From Octopus sinensis (taxonomy: Eukaryota), in the NCBI RefSeq assembly GCF_006345805.1, contig NC_042999.1, positions 68,386,001 through 68,450,000 of the forward strand: a stretch of DNA of 64,000 nucleotides, in the 5' to 3' direction. The position numbers were made by a program, and so were the translations under genes. Within the stretch, counting starts at the first letter, position 1. Each line of letters starts with the position of its first letter. The notes beneath the pieces are model-generated. The model searched no databases and had not been told where the DNA came from. It saw nothing but the letters and a program-made list of their open reading frames with translations. Of this stretch, positions 1-10,036 are shown piece by piece.

Positions 1-715
1 ATGATGAGAAAAGGTCAATTTGTCAGAAAAAGAAAAAGAAAATCACTACATCATATCTAAAAGGCTCTTAAACAAACTGAGAAATCCAGCAGAAGATTTG
101 ATTTAGTTTTTCTCAAACGAGAAAAACTTCGACCAAGATCAAAAAGTTAACAGAAGAAATGACAGATGGTTATGTGCAGACAATTCTGAAGTTCCATGTG
201 TTATACATACAAAATTTCCTGCAACTGTCATGGTTTTAGGGGTTGTCAGCAATGAAGGACGTATAGTGCCTGCTTACTTCTTTCCACAAGGCCTTAGAGT
301 TAACTCTGGCGCCTACATTGAGGTCCTGGAAATAATTGTTAAGCCTTTCTGCGCTATCACACATGTCTCTAGTAACACAGGAATGGATGGCTGCAAATTT
401 TCATGATCATATAACCCCTAACATTTGGCCTCCTAATTCCCCAGATTCAATCCATTACATGTCGAGTATTATTGAGAGAGAGGTCAATGAACACACCCAC
501 AACACCAAAGATTCTTTGAAAGGTGCCATAGTCAGAGTAATGTCCAAAATGAACCAGGATTTAGATCTCATATAGAATCAGTTGTTGAAGCTGAAAGTGG
601 CTTTATTGAATAACATTAAAGAAAAGACGGTTTATTTTTATCCTCATAGCATTTTTGATAAATAAAGTTATTATCCGTTATTATATATCTGTCCTCAAAT
701 ATCTTACGCACCCTG
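1..715 (+). mobile_element. Tc1/mariner (maT/DD37D-like) transposon, degenerate 3' part with right TIR
   Basis: Translates to FFSNEKNFDQDQKVNRRNDRW...TKFPATVMVLGVVSNEG...YIEVLEIIVKP, then (after a deletion removing the second D) NFHDHITPNIWPPNSPD. Ends ...ATCTTACGCACCCTG|TA at 715. Confidence 0.8.
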
Positions 716-814
716 TATATATATGTATGTATGTATATATATTATAAATAATATATAAATATATGCATATATACATACATATATGTACATACCTACATAT
801 ATATGTATATATAT

Positions 815-1230
815 ATGCATATATGGGTACAGGACATAAAAAAAAACGTTGAACACAATGAGAAACGAAAACATAAATATAAAAACATAGAAAACAAACA
901 TTTTTTTCGAACAACGAAAAACACAAACAGAGAAACGAGACATGCAACATAAAGAATATTCCCCTTCATCAGTTGTCGCTGTTTCATCTACTCCGCGTTC
1001 CGAAGGCAAGGACAATACACGACTTAATTGAAACAGTCCTTCCCGCAAAGCAAATTAAATAAAATTGGGCTCTTTTGCGGAGGGTGAAAGTGGTAAACAA
1101 GAATAGGACAGTGAGAACAAAATAGTAAAAACAAACGGTGAGGGTTGTTAAGTCGAGACGATAGAAAAATTATTATGAACGTTAGGAAGACGAGCTTATG
1201 AGAGGAGACAGGTATAAGCACGTGTTGTCT
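815..1230 (+). repeat. Dispersed repeat family, copy 1 (possibly Penelope-related)
   Basis: Diverged reverse-complement copy at about 31590-31970 (e.g. GGGTACAGGACA...ACACAATGAGAAACGAAAACATAAA). Confidence 0.7.
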
Positions 1231-1250
1231 TTAGGAAGGAAATGGGCAGA

Positions 1251-1302
<52 letters not shown>

Positions 1303-2294
1303 GTGCGCTTCTTTTTGTCTGTGTTTGTCATGCATCACTACTTGACAACCGGTGGTTGTGTGTTCACGTCCCCGTAACTTAGCAGTTCGGCAAAAGATAC
1401 CGATAAAATAAGTACAAGGCTTTAAGAAGCCTGGCAGTTGGAATCGTTTCATTCGATTAAAACGTTTTCAAGGCAGTGCCTCAGCATGGCCGCAGACTGA
1501 AAAAAACGTAATGAATAAAAGATAGGGTTTTTAAATAACGAATGGCTATAGAGGTCCAGAAGAGCAAAATAAGAATCAAATGATCTATATACATATAAAG
1601 AAAGGTTGAGAAACGCTGCTCTAGATTCTAATGGCCAAGCACGATACCTATTCATATGATCACACATCAATCACTCACCTACCGGGACCTTCACAGTTCA
1701 AAATATGTTTAAAAATTGATTCGCTTTAAACTTGAACGTATCAGCTGGCGATCAGATTATATACTTAGCAGTTAGTTTTACTTGTTTCTTTGTAATGAAT
1801 ACGTGCCACTCGCTTTAAATATCATTTTTTGGATGAATAATTCTCTTGAAACGATATATTGTTTATATTATCAAATCACCATAATATTGTCATGATAATT
1901 ACGACTTATTTAAATCTCTCTTCATTGTTCGGTTGTGTTGTCGAGTTTGTTTTATTCACACTTTCCTGTTTTTAAATAAGTGTGAAAAAAAAAAGAAAGA
2001 AAAAAGACAATAGTTTATGAATAAGTAGCTTATAAATGAGCATTTACTGATTTTCGACACGATGTGAAATTTAATGACTTTGAAAATGGTGCATTAAAAT
2101 GCTACATTTATTTAAAAGTGGTCGTATTTTATTGCTTTCATGTTCTTTGATTTGACCTAGAAATGGAAATAAGTGCTTATCAAATGTTGATATACGTTAA
2201 AAAATTACTTCTACAACTTCCACTATTATGATGACGGCTATCGTTGTTGGTTTGTCCCAGAACAGCTCTGATCCAGCAGAACTAAGAAGGTTAA

Positions 2295-2475
2295 CTCTTT
2301 AACATTCAGTTTGCTCAATGAAATGTAATACTTATTTAATAATGTATTATACTATTTGCTCCAGCATTTTTACAACGATATTGTAGGGCAGGTGAGAGAG
2401 CCTGAATCGGGCCTGATTGAACATAAAACAGGTAGAATATTTTGGACGGATATGGCCAGTTTAAGTGCGAAATAG
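2295..2475. mobile_element. piggyBac-like MITE
   Basis: TTAA on both sides (2291-2294, 2476-2479); degenerate terminal inverted repeats CTCTTTAACATT / AAGTGCGAAATAG. Confidence 0.55.
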
Positions 2476-2608
2476 TTAATGCTGTTCCATCTCTTTTTGT
2501 ATCACTACGACAGAGTTCTTTGTCTATCTCCTTAACTTATTGGAGATTTTAGGTATAAGTATACTAATGTGTCCATCTGTTCTAATTTAATTAAATTCTA
2601 TGTCTTTG

Positions 2609-2695
2609 TGCAGCTGAGGATTGCTCTGCATTTTAAATTGATGTCATGATTGCCTTGTTCAATTAAATGGAGTTGCATGAAACGATTGTACTGCA
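2609..2695 (+). ncRNA. Type I hammerhead-like motif with large loop 2 (Penelope-type repeat; second copy 63154-63240)
   Basis: TGCAG-CTGAGGA-TTGC..about 50 nt..GCAT-GAAAC-GATT-GTA-CTGCA: 5-bp stem I, GUA triplet, self-complementary ACGATTGT stem III. Confidence 0.6.
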
Positions 2696-2739
2696 TTATC
2701 TTTGGATATCCTTGTTGCTTATTTTGATTATATATATAT

Positions 2740-2900
2740 ATATGCTTTATTTAAAAGCAGCAGAAATATAACAAAAATTGTTACTCAGTTTCACGTTCCC
2801 GTTCGTTGGACAGTTTTGCTGCTTTTAAATAAAGCATATTACTCTACCCCTGATGTTTGAGTACTCTTTTTTACACCTTGTTTCACATTTATATGCTTAC
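2740..2900 (-). mobile_element. Penelope-type mini-element: 23-bp inverted repeat around a degenerate hammerhead
   Basis: Perfect IR 2740-2762/2817-2839. Minus-strand spacer reads CTGT-CCAACGA-ACG GGAA CGT-GAAAC-TGA-GTA-ACAA (core mutated from CTGACGA). Confidence 0.5.
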
Positions 2901-2959
2901 TCCGGTGTATATATATATATATATATACATATGGTAACAGCATTTCTGTTTAGTTAGAG

Positions 2960-3390
2960 CAGGAGTGGGGAAACTTTTTAGTGTGGCAGGCAAAAATTTC
3001 CAAAGAAACGTCCGCGAGCGGATCACAAGTTCTAACTCTTATATCTGTGTAAATTTTGTATATATCTACGTATGTATAATTCGAGACCCGTTAATAAAGA
3101 TAAGTTTAACACATTAAAATAACGCGTAACATCTTCATTAACGCCGCCACTGAATTTAACACGTTTATATTACTTATGAGGTATTTATTTTTCAGCTAGA
3201 GTGTAGTTGGGTCTGAAGTGGGGTGGTACAAACCTAGCAATATGTGTTTTATAATGAAAACAAAACTTCCATTCAAATAGCAAATTACCGGACGATTTTC
3301 TGTTCGAGTCTAACCGTTTTAAGTCATTGTGGGAACACGGCCTATGTCGCAAAGAGGCATACGAGTATTGTATAAATTTTATAATTGAAA
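2960..3390. mobile_element. Probable hAT (Charlie/Buster-like) end, partner end not found
   Basis: CAGGAGTGGGGAAACTTTT terminus preceded by an nnnTAnnn 8-mer (AGTTAGAG). Confidence 0.3.
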
Positions 3391-3394
3391 ACTT

Positions 3395-3806
3395 GGATCT
3401 TTTCGGTTTGAACGGCAGTTTGTTCTAGCGGTGTCATATGAAATTGTCACCCATAATTATGACCCTAGTATCGATCTATTGCATTTCAATCTGTTTTAGG
3501 GTTAGGGGTGGGGAGAAGGGTATCTTTTTTTCTTTAGAAATGTAAATAAACCTAATCTGTTTCTTAAACGAGGGACATATTCATACGGCACAGAATGTTT
3601 TCACCTCAATAGACGTCATTGATTGGTTGAAATCGCAGAAATTGAAGAAAAAACAACAACAAATATCTTACAAACCATAGAATTTTCTCAATAAAGCCAA
3701 GAGAAAAAGATGTTTTATAAACACATTCTACCAGTATACGAATTTTAAAAGTGTTTAGTTACGTGGAAATTATTTTAAAAAACTGTCGTTCAAATCGAAA
3801 AGATCC
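3395..3806. mobile_element. Non-autonomous DNA transposon (MITE) with 27-bp TIRs and 8-bp TSD
   Basis: GGATCTTTTCGGTTTGAACGGCAGTTT / AAACTGTCGTTCAAATCGAAAAGATCC (2 mismatches); GAAAACTT at 3387-3394 and 3807-3814. Confidence 0.85.
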
Positions 3807-3981
3807 GAAAACTTGACTATATTTTATACATATCTAACCTTTGAGTCAGACAAAAAAAAAATCTATAATACAGTCTTTGTAGCTTTACACTATGAAGAAA
3901 AGAGGAAAACTTCAAAACAAATATCTAGATTACAATGAAAATATACGTATGTATATATATATATAAATATATATATACATA

Positions 3982-4136
3982 CTCTCTCTCCATCCATCCA
4001 TCCATCATGCCATCCATCCATCCATCATGCCATCCATCCACTCGTTCGTCTGTCAGTCTGTCTGTCTATCTATCTACCCACACGTATATGCATACAAACG
4101 TATATACCTGTGTATGAAGCACACTCGAAAATAACA
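3982..4136 (+). repeat. About 155-bp direct repeat X, copy 1 (copy 2 at about 6430-6584)
   Basis: Shared CCACTCGTTCGTCTGTC...CTACCCACACGTATATGCATACAAACGTATATAC...GTGTATGAAGCACACTC..AAATAACA. Confidence 0.85.
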
Positions 4137-4162
4137 CACACACATATGTATATATATATATA

Positions 4163-4470
4163 TCTCTTATTATAATCTTATTATAAAAGGCAGGTTTTAT
4201 CTGCCTCCCTTTGGGAGTTATACAAATCTACAATATAGGATTTCTTCAATTACAATTTACCTTGCATTTTTAAGAGTACAATGCATCGCGTCATGCCAGG
4301 TCCAGTTTTTAAAATTTAAACTCCAATTAAGCAAAATTTACAGAAAACTCACATTCTGGTGTGTGTGTCAAATGCTTTTCTTAGTCTGGTTTACAGCACA
4401 CGCAAACGCACACACACAGTGGGCAACGAATAAAATGAAAGTAATTGACTTACTGTAGTGAGTGATTCTT
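4163..4470 (+). mobile_element. Helitron-like 5' module D
   Basis: A|TC start then TCTTATTATAAAAGGCAG...; same module at 19399(-), 42379 and 43934. No CTAG end of its own. Confidence 0.55.
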
Positions 4471-4684
4471 TCACTCTGCCTCCCACTTCCTCTTTCAACA
4501 CATAGACACGCAAATATATAAATAAAATTGTAAGCTAACGTGCGTGTGTGTGTGAGTGGGTGTGTGTGGGTGTGCGCGTGCGTGTGTGTGTGAGGGTGCG
4601 TGTGTGTGCGTGTGCGTGTGCGTGAGTGTGTGACAGGAAAGTTTTTTACGACGAATATAACACCTATATCCAAGTAGCAGAAAG

Positions 4685-5162
4685 ATAAGACAGTAAGGTG
4701 TGATTTGAGGGAGATTTGGCTGCTATTTCTACCATGTCTAGCTGCCATGTAGGGGTCTCCCTCATAGGCTCATACATACATATATACATAGATAAGACAG
4801 TAAGGTGTGATTTGGGGGAAATTTGGCTGCTATTTCTACCAGGTCTAGCTGCCATGTAGGGGTCTCCCTCATAGGCTCATACATACATATATACATAGAT
4901 AAGACAGTAAGGTGTGATTTGGGGGAAATTTGGCTGCTATTTCTACCAGGTCTAGCTGCCATGTAGGGGTCTCCCTCATAGGCTCATACATACATATATA
5001 CATAGATAAGACAGTAAGGTGTGATTTGGGGGAAATTTGGCTGCTATTTCTACCAGGTCTAGCTACCATGTAGAGGTCCCCCTCATTGGCTCATATATAT
5101 ATACATACATAAGACAGTAAGGTGTGATTTGAGGGAGATTTGGCTGCTGTTTCTACCAGGTC
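4685..5162. repeat. 107-bp tandem repeat (about 4.5 units)
   Basis: Unit ATAAGACAGTAAGGTGTGATTTGGGGGAAATTTGGCTGCTATTTCTACC...; ORF-track repeats are offset by 107. Confidence 0.9.
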
Positions 5163-5231
5163 TGTTAGGCCTTCTCATGTAAACTCAAGCTTTCTCATGC
5201 CTTGAACATAAGACCAAAGCAGAGAATGTAT

Positions 5232-5460
5232 TCTTTTATTCTTCTGCTTTTTCCAGCCATTGGTCTGTGGCCATGCTGGGGCAATGCCTTGAAGAATTGT
5301 AGTTTAATGAATCAACTCCAGTTTTATTTTTGTAAGCATTGTACTTATTCTATCTGTTTCCTTTGTCAAACCACTAGGTGACAGGGATGTAAACAAACCA
5401 ACATTCGTTGTCAAGCAGTGGTGGAGGACAATCACAAGCACAGACACGCACACACACACA
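5232..5460 (-). mobile_element. SINE S1 (CORE-like) 3' half
   Basis: Reverse complement of CTTGACAAC..GTTT.CATCCC.GT.AC...GATAGAATAAGTAC...CCAGCATGGCC.CAG. Duplicated at about 44760-44990. Other 3' halves at about 1310-1522, 32075-32237, 37445-37605 and 51018-51400. Confidence 0.75.
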
Positions 5461-5522
5461 CATACATGCATACACATATACACACATACATACATATATA
5501 TATATGTGTGTGTATATATATA

Positions 5523-5845
5523 TTGCAGCCTGGAAGGTGTTTGTAAGCCATTTAAGAAACACACAAAAACCGTTACATTCACTTCAACATTTAAATTTAA
5601 TTTGCCAAAAAATATTTTCGTCGCTTTGAGACCGCGACCTGTTCACTGACAAAATATCGTGCTAACAGGTCGCGGTCTCAAAGCGACGAAAATATTTTGA
5701 CAAATTAAATTTAAATGTTGAAGTGAATCTAACGGTTTTTGTGTGTTTCTTAAATGGCTTATAAACACCTTCAACGCTGCAACTGTTTTCGTTCCAGCAC
5801 ACGATCTCAGATCAAGTCACTTGCTATGCAAGTACATCTCTGTAA
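5523..5845. mobile_element. Foldback Penelope-type element (about 120-bp inverted arms, 20-nt loop)
   Basis: Arms 5523-5643 and 5664-5782 are near-perfect reverse complements; the right arm continues as a tail to ...GTACATCTCTGTAA. Confidence 0.75.
5602..5652 (-). ncRNA. Minimal hammerhead with G3-C8 swapped core (2 extra U in this copy)
   Basis: TTGTCA-GTGAACA-G-GTCGC GGTCTCAAA GCGAC-GAAA-ATATTT(TT)-TGGCAA. Confidence 0.5.
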
Positions 5846-5944
5846 CTATATATATATTTATATATATATATATATGTATATTGGTAAAAACAGTAAGATA
5901 ACAAAAGAAAGAAAGAGACCTCAATATTATGTAAATAGAGGAAA

Positions 5945-6339
5945 TCTTTATATATAAAAGTGAGGTTGTGTGTCTGTCTCCTACGATTTAGATTCCTAAC
6001 TACTCCCACATTTTGCGGTGCAGTTTAACCAAAACCGGGTATCTTATAGTCGTGATTCATATCGAGACCGTCTGGGTATTAGCGCGCGTCTACGATGAGT
6101 CTACGATTTAAAAAAAAAATTACCATCAATTTTACCCATTTTTAATCCATTTTTGACATATATAAGGGAAGTAACTCTCTAAAATTTATTATTAAATCTC
6201 AGAACGTAAAAAGCTACAGTAACACCCCTCCCCCTTTGTGGTTAGCCATATTGAGATGGCTATTATACTTTACATCTCTAAAAATGCTTATATAATTATT
6301 TCCCTTACAAACCCGAGCAACGCCGGGCGATACTGCTAG
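5945..6339 (+). mobile_element. Non-autonomous Helitron, family A
   Basis: A|TC start, CCCG(A)GC-AAC-GCCGGG hairpin 8 nt before CTAG|T. Confidence 0.85.
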
Positions 6340-6429
6340 TATATATATATATACACTTATATTCAAAAAATGATTAGAAAGCAGTCACACACACACACAC
6401 ATTTGTGTGTGTCTATCTATCCATCTCTC

Positions 6430-6584
6430 TCTCTCTCCATCCATCCATCCATCATGGCATCCACCCACTCGTTCGTCTGTCTGTCTATCTATCTATCTAT
6501 CTATCTATCAATCTATCTATCTACCCACACGTATATGCATACAAACGTATATACAATGTGTATGAAGCACACTCTAAAATAACA
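6430..6584 (+). repeat. Direct repeat X, copy 2
   Basis: Matches 3982-4136. Confidence 0.85.
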
Positions 6585-7007
6585 TGCAAAATGAAGAAAT
6601 GAAGCTTCTCTTTAACACCTTAAAAAGCGAAGGGTACCAGTCAGTACCGGGACAACTTAAAAAGCTGACACTGGGAGACAACATTTCACACTGAAATATG
6701 TAAATACGTTAAGATATTTAGTTACAAGCAAACGGCTATGTAGTTTCTTTAGCAGTGTCTTCTATGGACGACATGTAAGCGCCGATAGTCGCCTTGTCGG
6801 TCATCGTTGTTAATAATCTTTATATTATTTCAGTCTTATTTATATAGAACCAGTGATACTGGTTGGCATCGAATTGTTCTTGTTGCGGATGTTGTAAATA
6901 AGTTATGCTCGGCCAAGTTGACTTTTTATCAAAAGCGTTTTGTCTGCAGCTATCCCTTTCTTTGTGTGAGATATCAGGGATTACACTCTATATGTTATTT
7001 CCATTTA

Positions 7008-7031
7008 TCTCTCTATATATAAACGGCAAAA

Positions 7032-7066
<35 letters not shown>

Positions 7067-7391
7067 TTTATACAAATCCACAATTTTTCAGTTAGAGGGC
7101 TCGCACTTTCTATGGTCATTTAAAACTGTCCAAGGGTGGTCGTGCACATCTTTACATTTTCCCAGTCACCCCACAAAGCCATTAAAAAAATCAATAGAAG
7201 TGACTGTTTTTGTGAATTTTCTGTCCAAAACCTAATCAAAATGCCTGAAACTTGATATGGCAGTTGAATACCTGCTAGCTGTATGTGATTGGTCGGAGAT
7301 TTGGACAGTACTCACGTGTATGTGCGCATGCACGCAGCTGTATATGCATGCATTAGCACTATGAACCGGCGTTGCCGGGTCATAGTGCTAG
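7008..7391 (+). mobile_element. Non-autonomous Helitron, family E
   Basis: A|TCTCTCTATATATAAACGGC start (like family B); terminal hairpin TAGCACTATGA-ACCGGCGTTGCCGGG-TCATAGTGCTA ending in CTAG|T. Confidence 0.75.
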
Positions 7392-7451
7392 TTTTATATA
7401 AAGGACAGTGTGTGTTTGAGGGAGATTTGGCTGTTATATATAGGAGTTCGA

Positions 7452-7880
7452 GGCGCAGGTGTTGCTATGTAAAGAGAAGCTTGTTTTCCAACAACATGGT
7501 TCCGGGTTCAGTTCCACTGTGTGGTACCTTGAGCAAGTGTCTTCTACTATAACCTCGGGCCGACCAAAGCCTTGTGAGTGGATTTGCTAGACGGAAACTG
7601 AAAGAAGCCTGTCGTATTATATGTGTGAATGTGTGTGTGTGTGTGAGGGGAGAAGGGTTGTGTGCTTTTGTTTGTGCTTGTCTTCCACCACTGCTTGACA
7701 CCGGTGTTGGTGCGTTTACATCTCTGTAATTAGCTGTTCGGCTTAAAGAGACTGATAGAATAAATACCAGGTTTAGGCAAGTGCTAGGGGTCAATTTGTT
7801 TGACTAAAATTCTTTAAAGGAGTGCTCCAGCATGACCGCAATCTAATTCCTGAAACTAGCAAACGATAAAAGATGAAAAA
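7452..7880 (+). mobile_element. SINE S1: tRNA-derived head, CORE-like domain, internal microsatellite
   Basis: B-box-like GGTTCAGTTCC, CORE-like ACCTTGAGCAAGT, (TG)n linker, conserved 3' half. Confidence 0.8.
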
Positions 7881-7982
7881 GACTACGTAGAGATTCTCCG
7901 TGAGTTGGTTTACTTTGAGAGTACAGTTCTGTATTTAATAGATGAGGAATTATGTGCATCATTTACATTATTTATATTCAAC

Positions 7983-8060
7983 GGGCATATGGCGTAGTGA
8001 TTAAGAGCGCGGGCTACTAACTCCAAGATTCCGAGTTGGATTCCAAGCAGTGACCTGAAC

Positions 8061-8113
<53 letters not shown>

Positions 8114-8270
8114 TAACAACAACATCATCGAAAAATATACCTTAGGAATGAGAACCCAGGTTCGAAATTTTCCCAAGACACCTGATGAAGACTGGAGGGT
8201 ATATTGGGCGAAATGTTATGTTAACAACAAACAAGATGAGGACATATATCCGTCAAATGTAAATAATGTA
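7983..8270 (+). mobile_element. SINE S5: tRNA-like head + (AAT)n + hammerhead-like Penelope-type tail
   Basis: A box TGGCGTAGTGA, B box GAGTTGGATTCC, then ACAC-CTGATGA-A-GACTG..GGC-GAAAT-GTT-ATGT at 8178-8221. Confidence 0.65.
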
Positions 8271-8986
8271 CTATGAGAGTATTGAGTCAAAATACATACA
8301 CCCATACACGGGCGCACACACAACATATACATACACGCAAATACATCCACCATCCATGCATGCATACGCATCGTCAGAAGAGAAGCTGCATATATATCAG
8401 CAAAAGATCATGCTTTGGATATATCCGTTGAAAGCTTGAAAGAGACAGCAACATTGACGAGCAGAGTAGTCTTTCTTGGATTAACACCCGGGATATTTAA
8501 CTTTCGATTCAAAAGACATCGTTTTTGCAATACAAGAACAGGAAATAGCACAAAAATAGAGATAGATAGAGAGAGAGAGAGAGAGAATTTCTTTATTCAC
8601 CATAAGGTTGAGAAAAAAGAGAATGAGTGATTTACAAAAAATGAAGCGGAGGACGTGGTTGACGCCACAAACCACATACTTACACTGAAGACTTTGCTTT
8701 CTCCTTTTTTATATTCTCGGAGAGAGAGAGAGAGAGAGAGAGAGATGTCGGTAAAGCACTAAGATGCAACAGCCGATGCAGGGCTTTTGTGGAATTAATA
8801 ATGTTGATATTACCCCCAACCCCACTCATCATAAACAGTTGCAGAAAATGATTATACAATATTAGTATTAGCTACGTATAAGATAAAATTATTCTAAGAC
8901 ATACAGAAGAAGCTTTAATGATCTGGAAGACATAACTACTCATAACAGGAATGAATGTTGGGGGACTGTATCTGTCAAGATTTCAT

Positions 8987-9152
8987 AATCTATGTGCAGT
9001 AGTTTAGCCTGGGAAAAGAATCTATGTGCAGTAGTTTGGCCTGGGAAAAGACTATGTGCAGTAGTTTAGCCTGGGAAAAGAATCTATGTGCAGTAGTTTG
9101 GTCTGGGAAAAGAATCTATGTGCAGTAGTTTAGTCTGGAAAAAGAATCTATG
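8987..9152. repeat. 32-bp tandem repeat, about 5.2 copies
   Basis: AATCTATGTGCAGTAGTTTAGCCTGGGAAAAG starting at 8987, 9019, 9051 (2-bp deletion), 9081, 9113 and 9145 (partial). Confidence 0.9.
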
Positions 9153-9545
9153 CTCAGCTGTTCTACAAATGCCAACATATTAAAGATCAGGAGAAAGAAA
9201 ATATCCACGTAAATTAATGAGAAATATGCAGGTACTGGACTATAATTTTTAATGTCTGCTAATAATTATTAGAGCAAGTGGGTACGTGAGTAAATAGCCT
9301 CAGTACCTGTCTTGAAAAGCTGGGTTTCACAAAACCAGAAAGAACACGCCTAATCTGAATACTACACCCACCGGTTATCAAAGGGACTGTTAAAATGTGC
9401 AAAACACTTAGGAATTTCAGAACAAAGATTGAAATATACAATGACATCCATACCTTGCACCCGCGTGTACATGTACACACTTACACGCATGTTTATGCAT
9501 ACATGTTTACATACATACATTTGCGTGTTCACACACACACATATG

Positions 9546-9762
9546 CAAAGGGGTGCTGAAAAGTTCCTGGTTTTAGGTACAAGAAAATACAGGAGTATCA
9601 GTTAATTATGATTTTACTCAACATATTCTTCTTTCAGATTTTCATACTTAGTGCAGCAGTTCTTCAGTTTTTCTAAGCCCTATTAAAGAACTCGGAAGTT
9701 TGGGTCTCCAACCAGGCCTTTCGCGATACCCTTAAAACCAGAAACTTTTCAGCTCCACCTCG
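9546..9762. mobile_element. mariner-derived MITE
   Basis: Inverted ends ..GGGGTGCTGAAAAGTTCCTGGTTTTAGG / CCCTTAAAACCAGAAACTTTTCAGCTCCACCTCG|TA. Confidence 0.7.
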
Positions 9763-9804
9763 TACATCCATCCATATTTACGTGCATAATACATACATTT
9801 ATAC

Positions 9805-10036
9805 CTATTTCTTTACTACCCACAAGGGGCTAAACACAGAGAGGACAAACAAGGACAGACAAACGGATTAAGTCGATTATATCGACCCCAGTGCGTAACT
9901 GGTACTTATTTAATCGACCCCGAAAGGATGAAAGGCAAAGTCGACCTCGGCAGAATTTGAACTCAGAACGTAGCGGCAGACGAAATACAACTAAGCATTT
10001 CGCCCGGCGTGCTAACGACTCTGCCAGCTCGCCGCC
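9805..10036 (-). mobile_element. SINE S2 (tRNA-derived head, Nin/Deu-like central domain)
   Basis: Reverse complement of GGCGGCGAGCTGGCAGA...GAGTTCAAATTC...GCCTTTCATCCTTTCGGGGTCGATTAAATAAGTACCAG. Confidence 0.8.

Noticed and set aside
1002-1042. Possible hammerhead GAAG-GCAAGGA..GAAAC-A-GTC-CTTC in the 815-1230 family
   Set aside because: Stem I and the GUC triplet fit, but neither copy (here or about 31736-31779) has a CUGANGA or compensated core. Needs a consensus.
3495-3515. TTAGGGTTAGGG telomere-like motif
   Set aside because: Only two units and internal to a MITE.
4664-5069. Repeated peptide MAARPGRNSSQISPKSHLTVLS, and a possible CRISPR-like array
   Set aside because: Product of a 107-bp tandem repeat. 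The units have no unique spacers, there are no cas genes, and the context is eukaryotic. The same applies to the 32-, 41- and 20-bp arrays.
7983-8055. tRNA genes (also at 41588, 48656, about 57410 and 60455)
   Set aside because: A/B boxes are present but the acceptor stems do not close and the sequences continue into SINE bodies.
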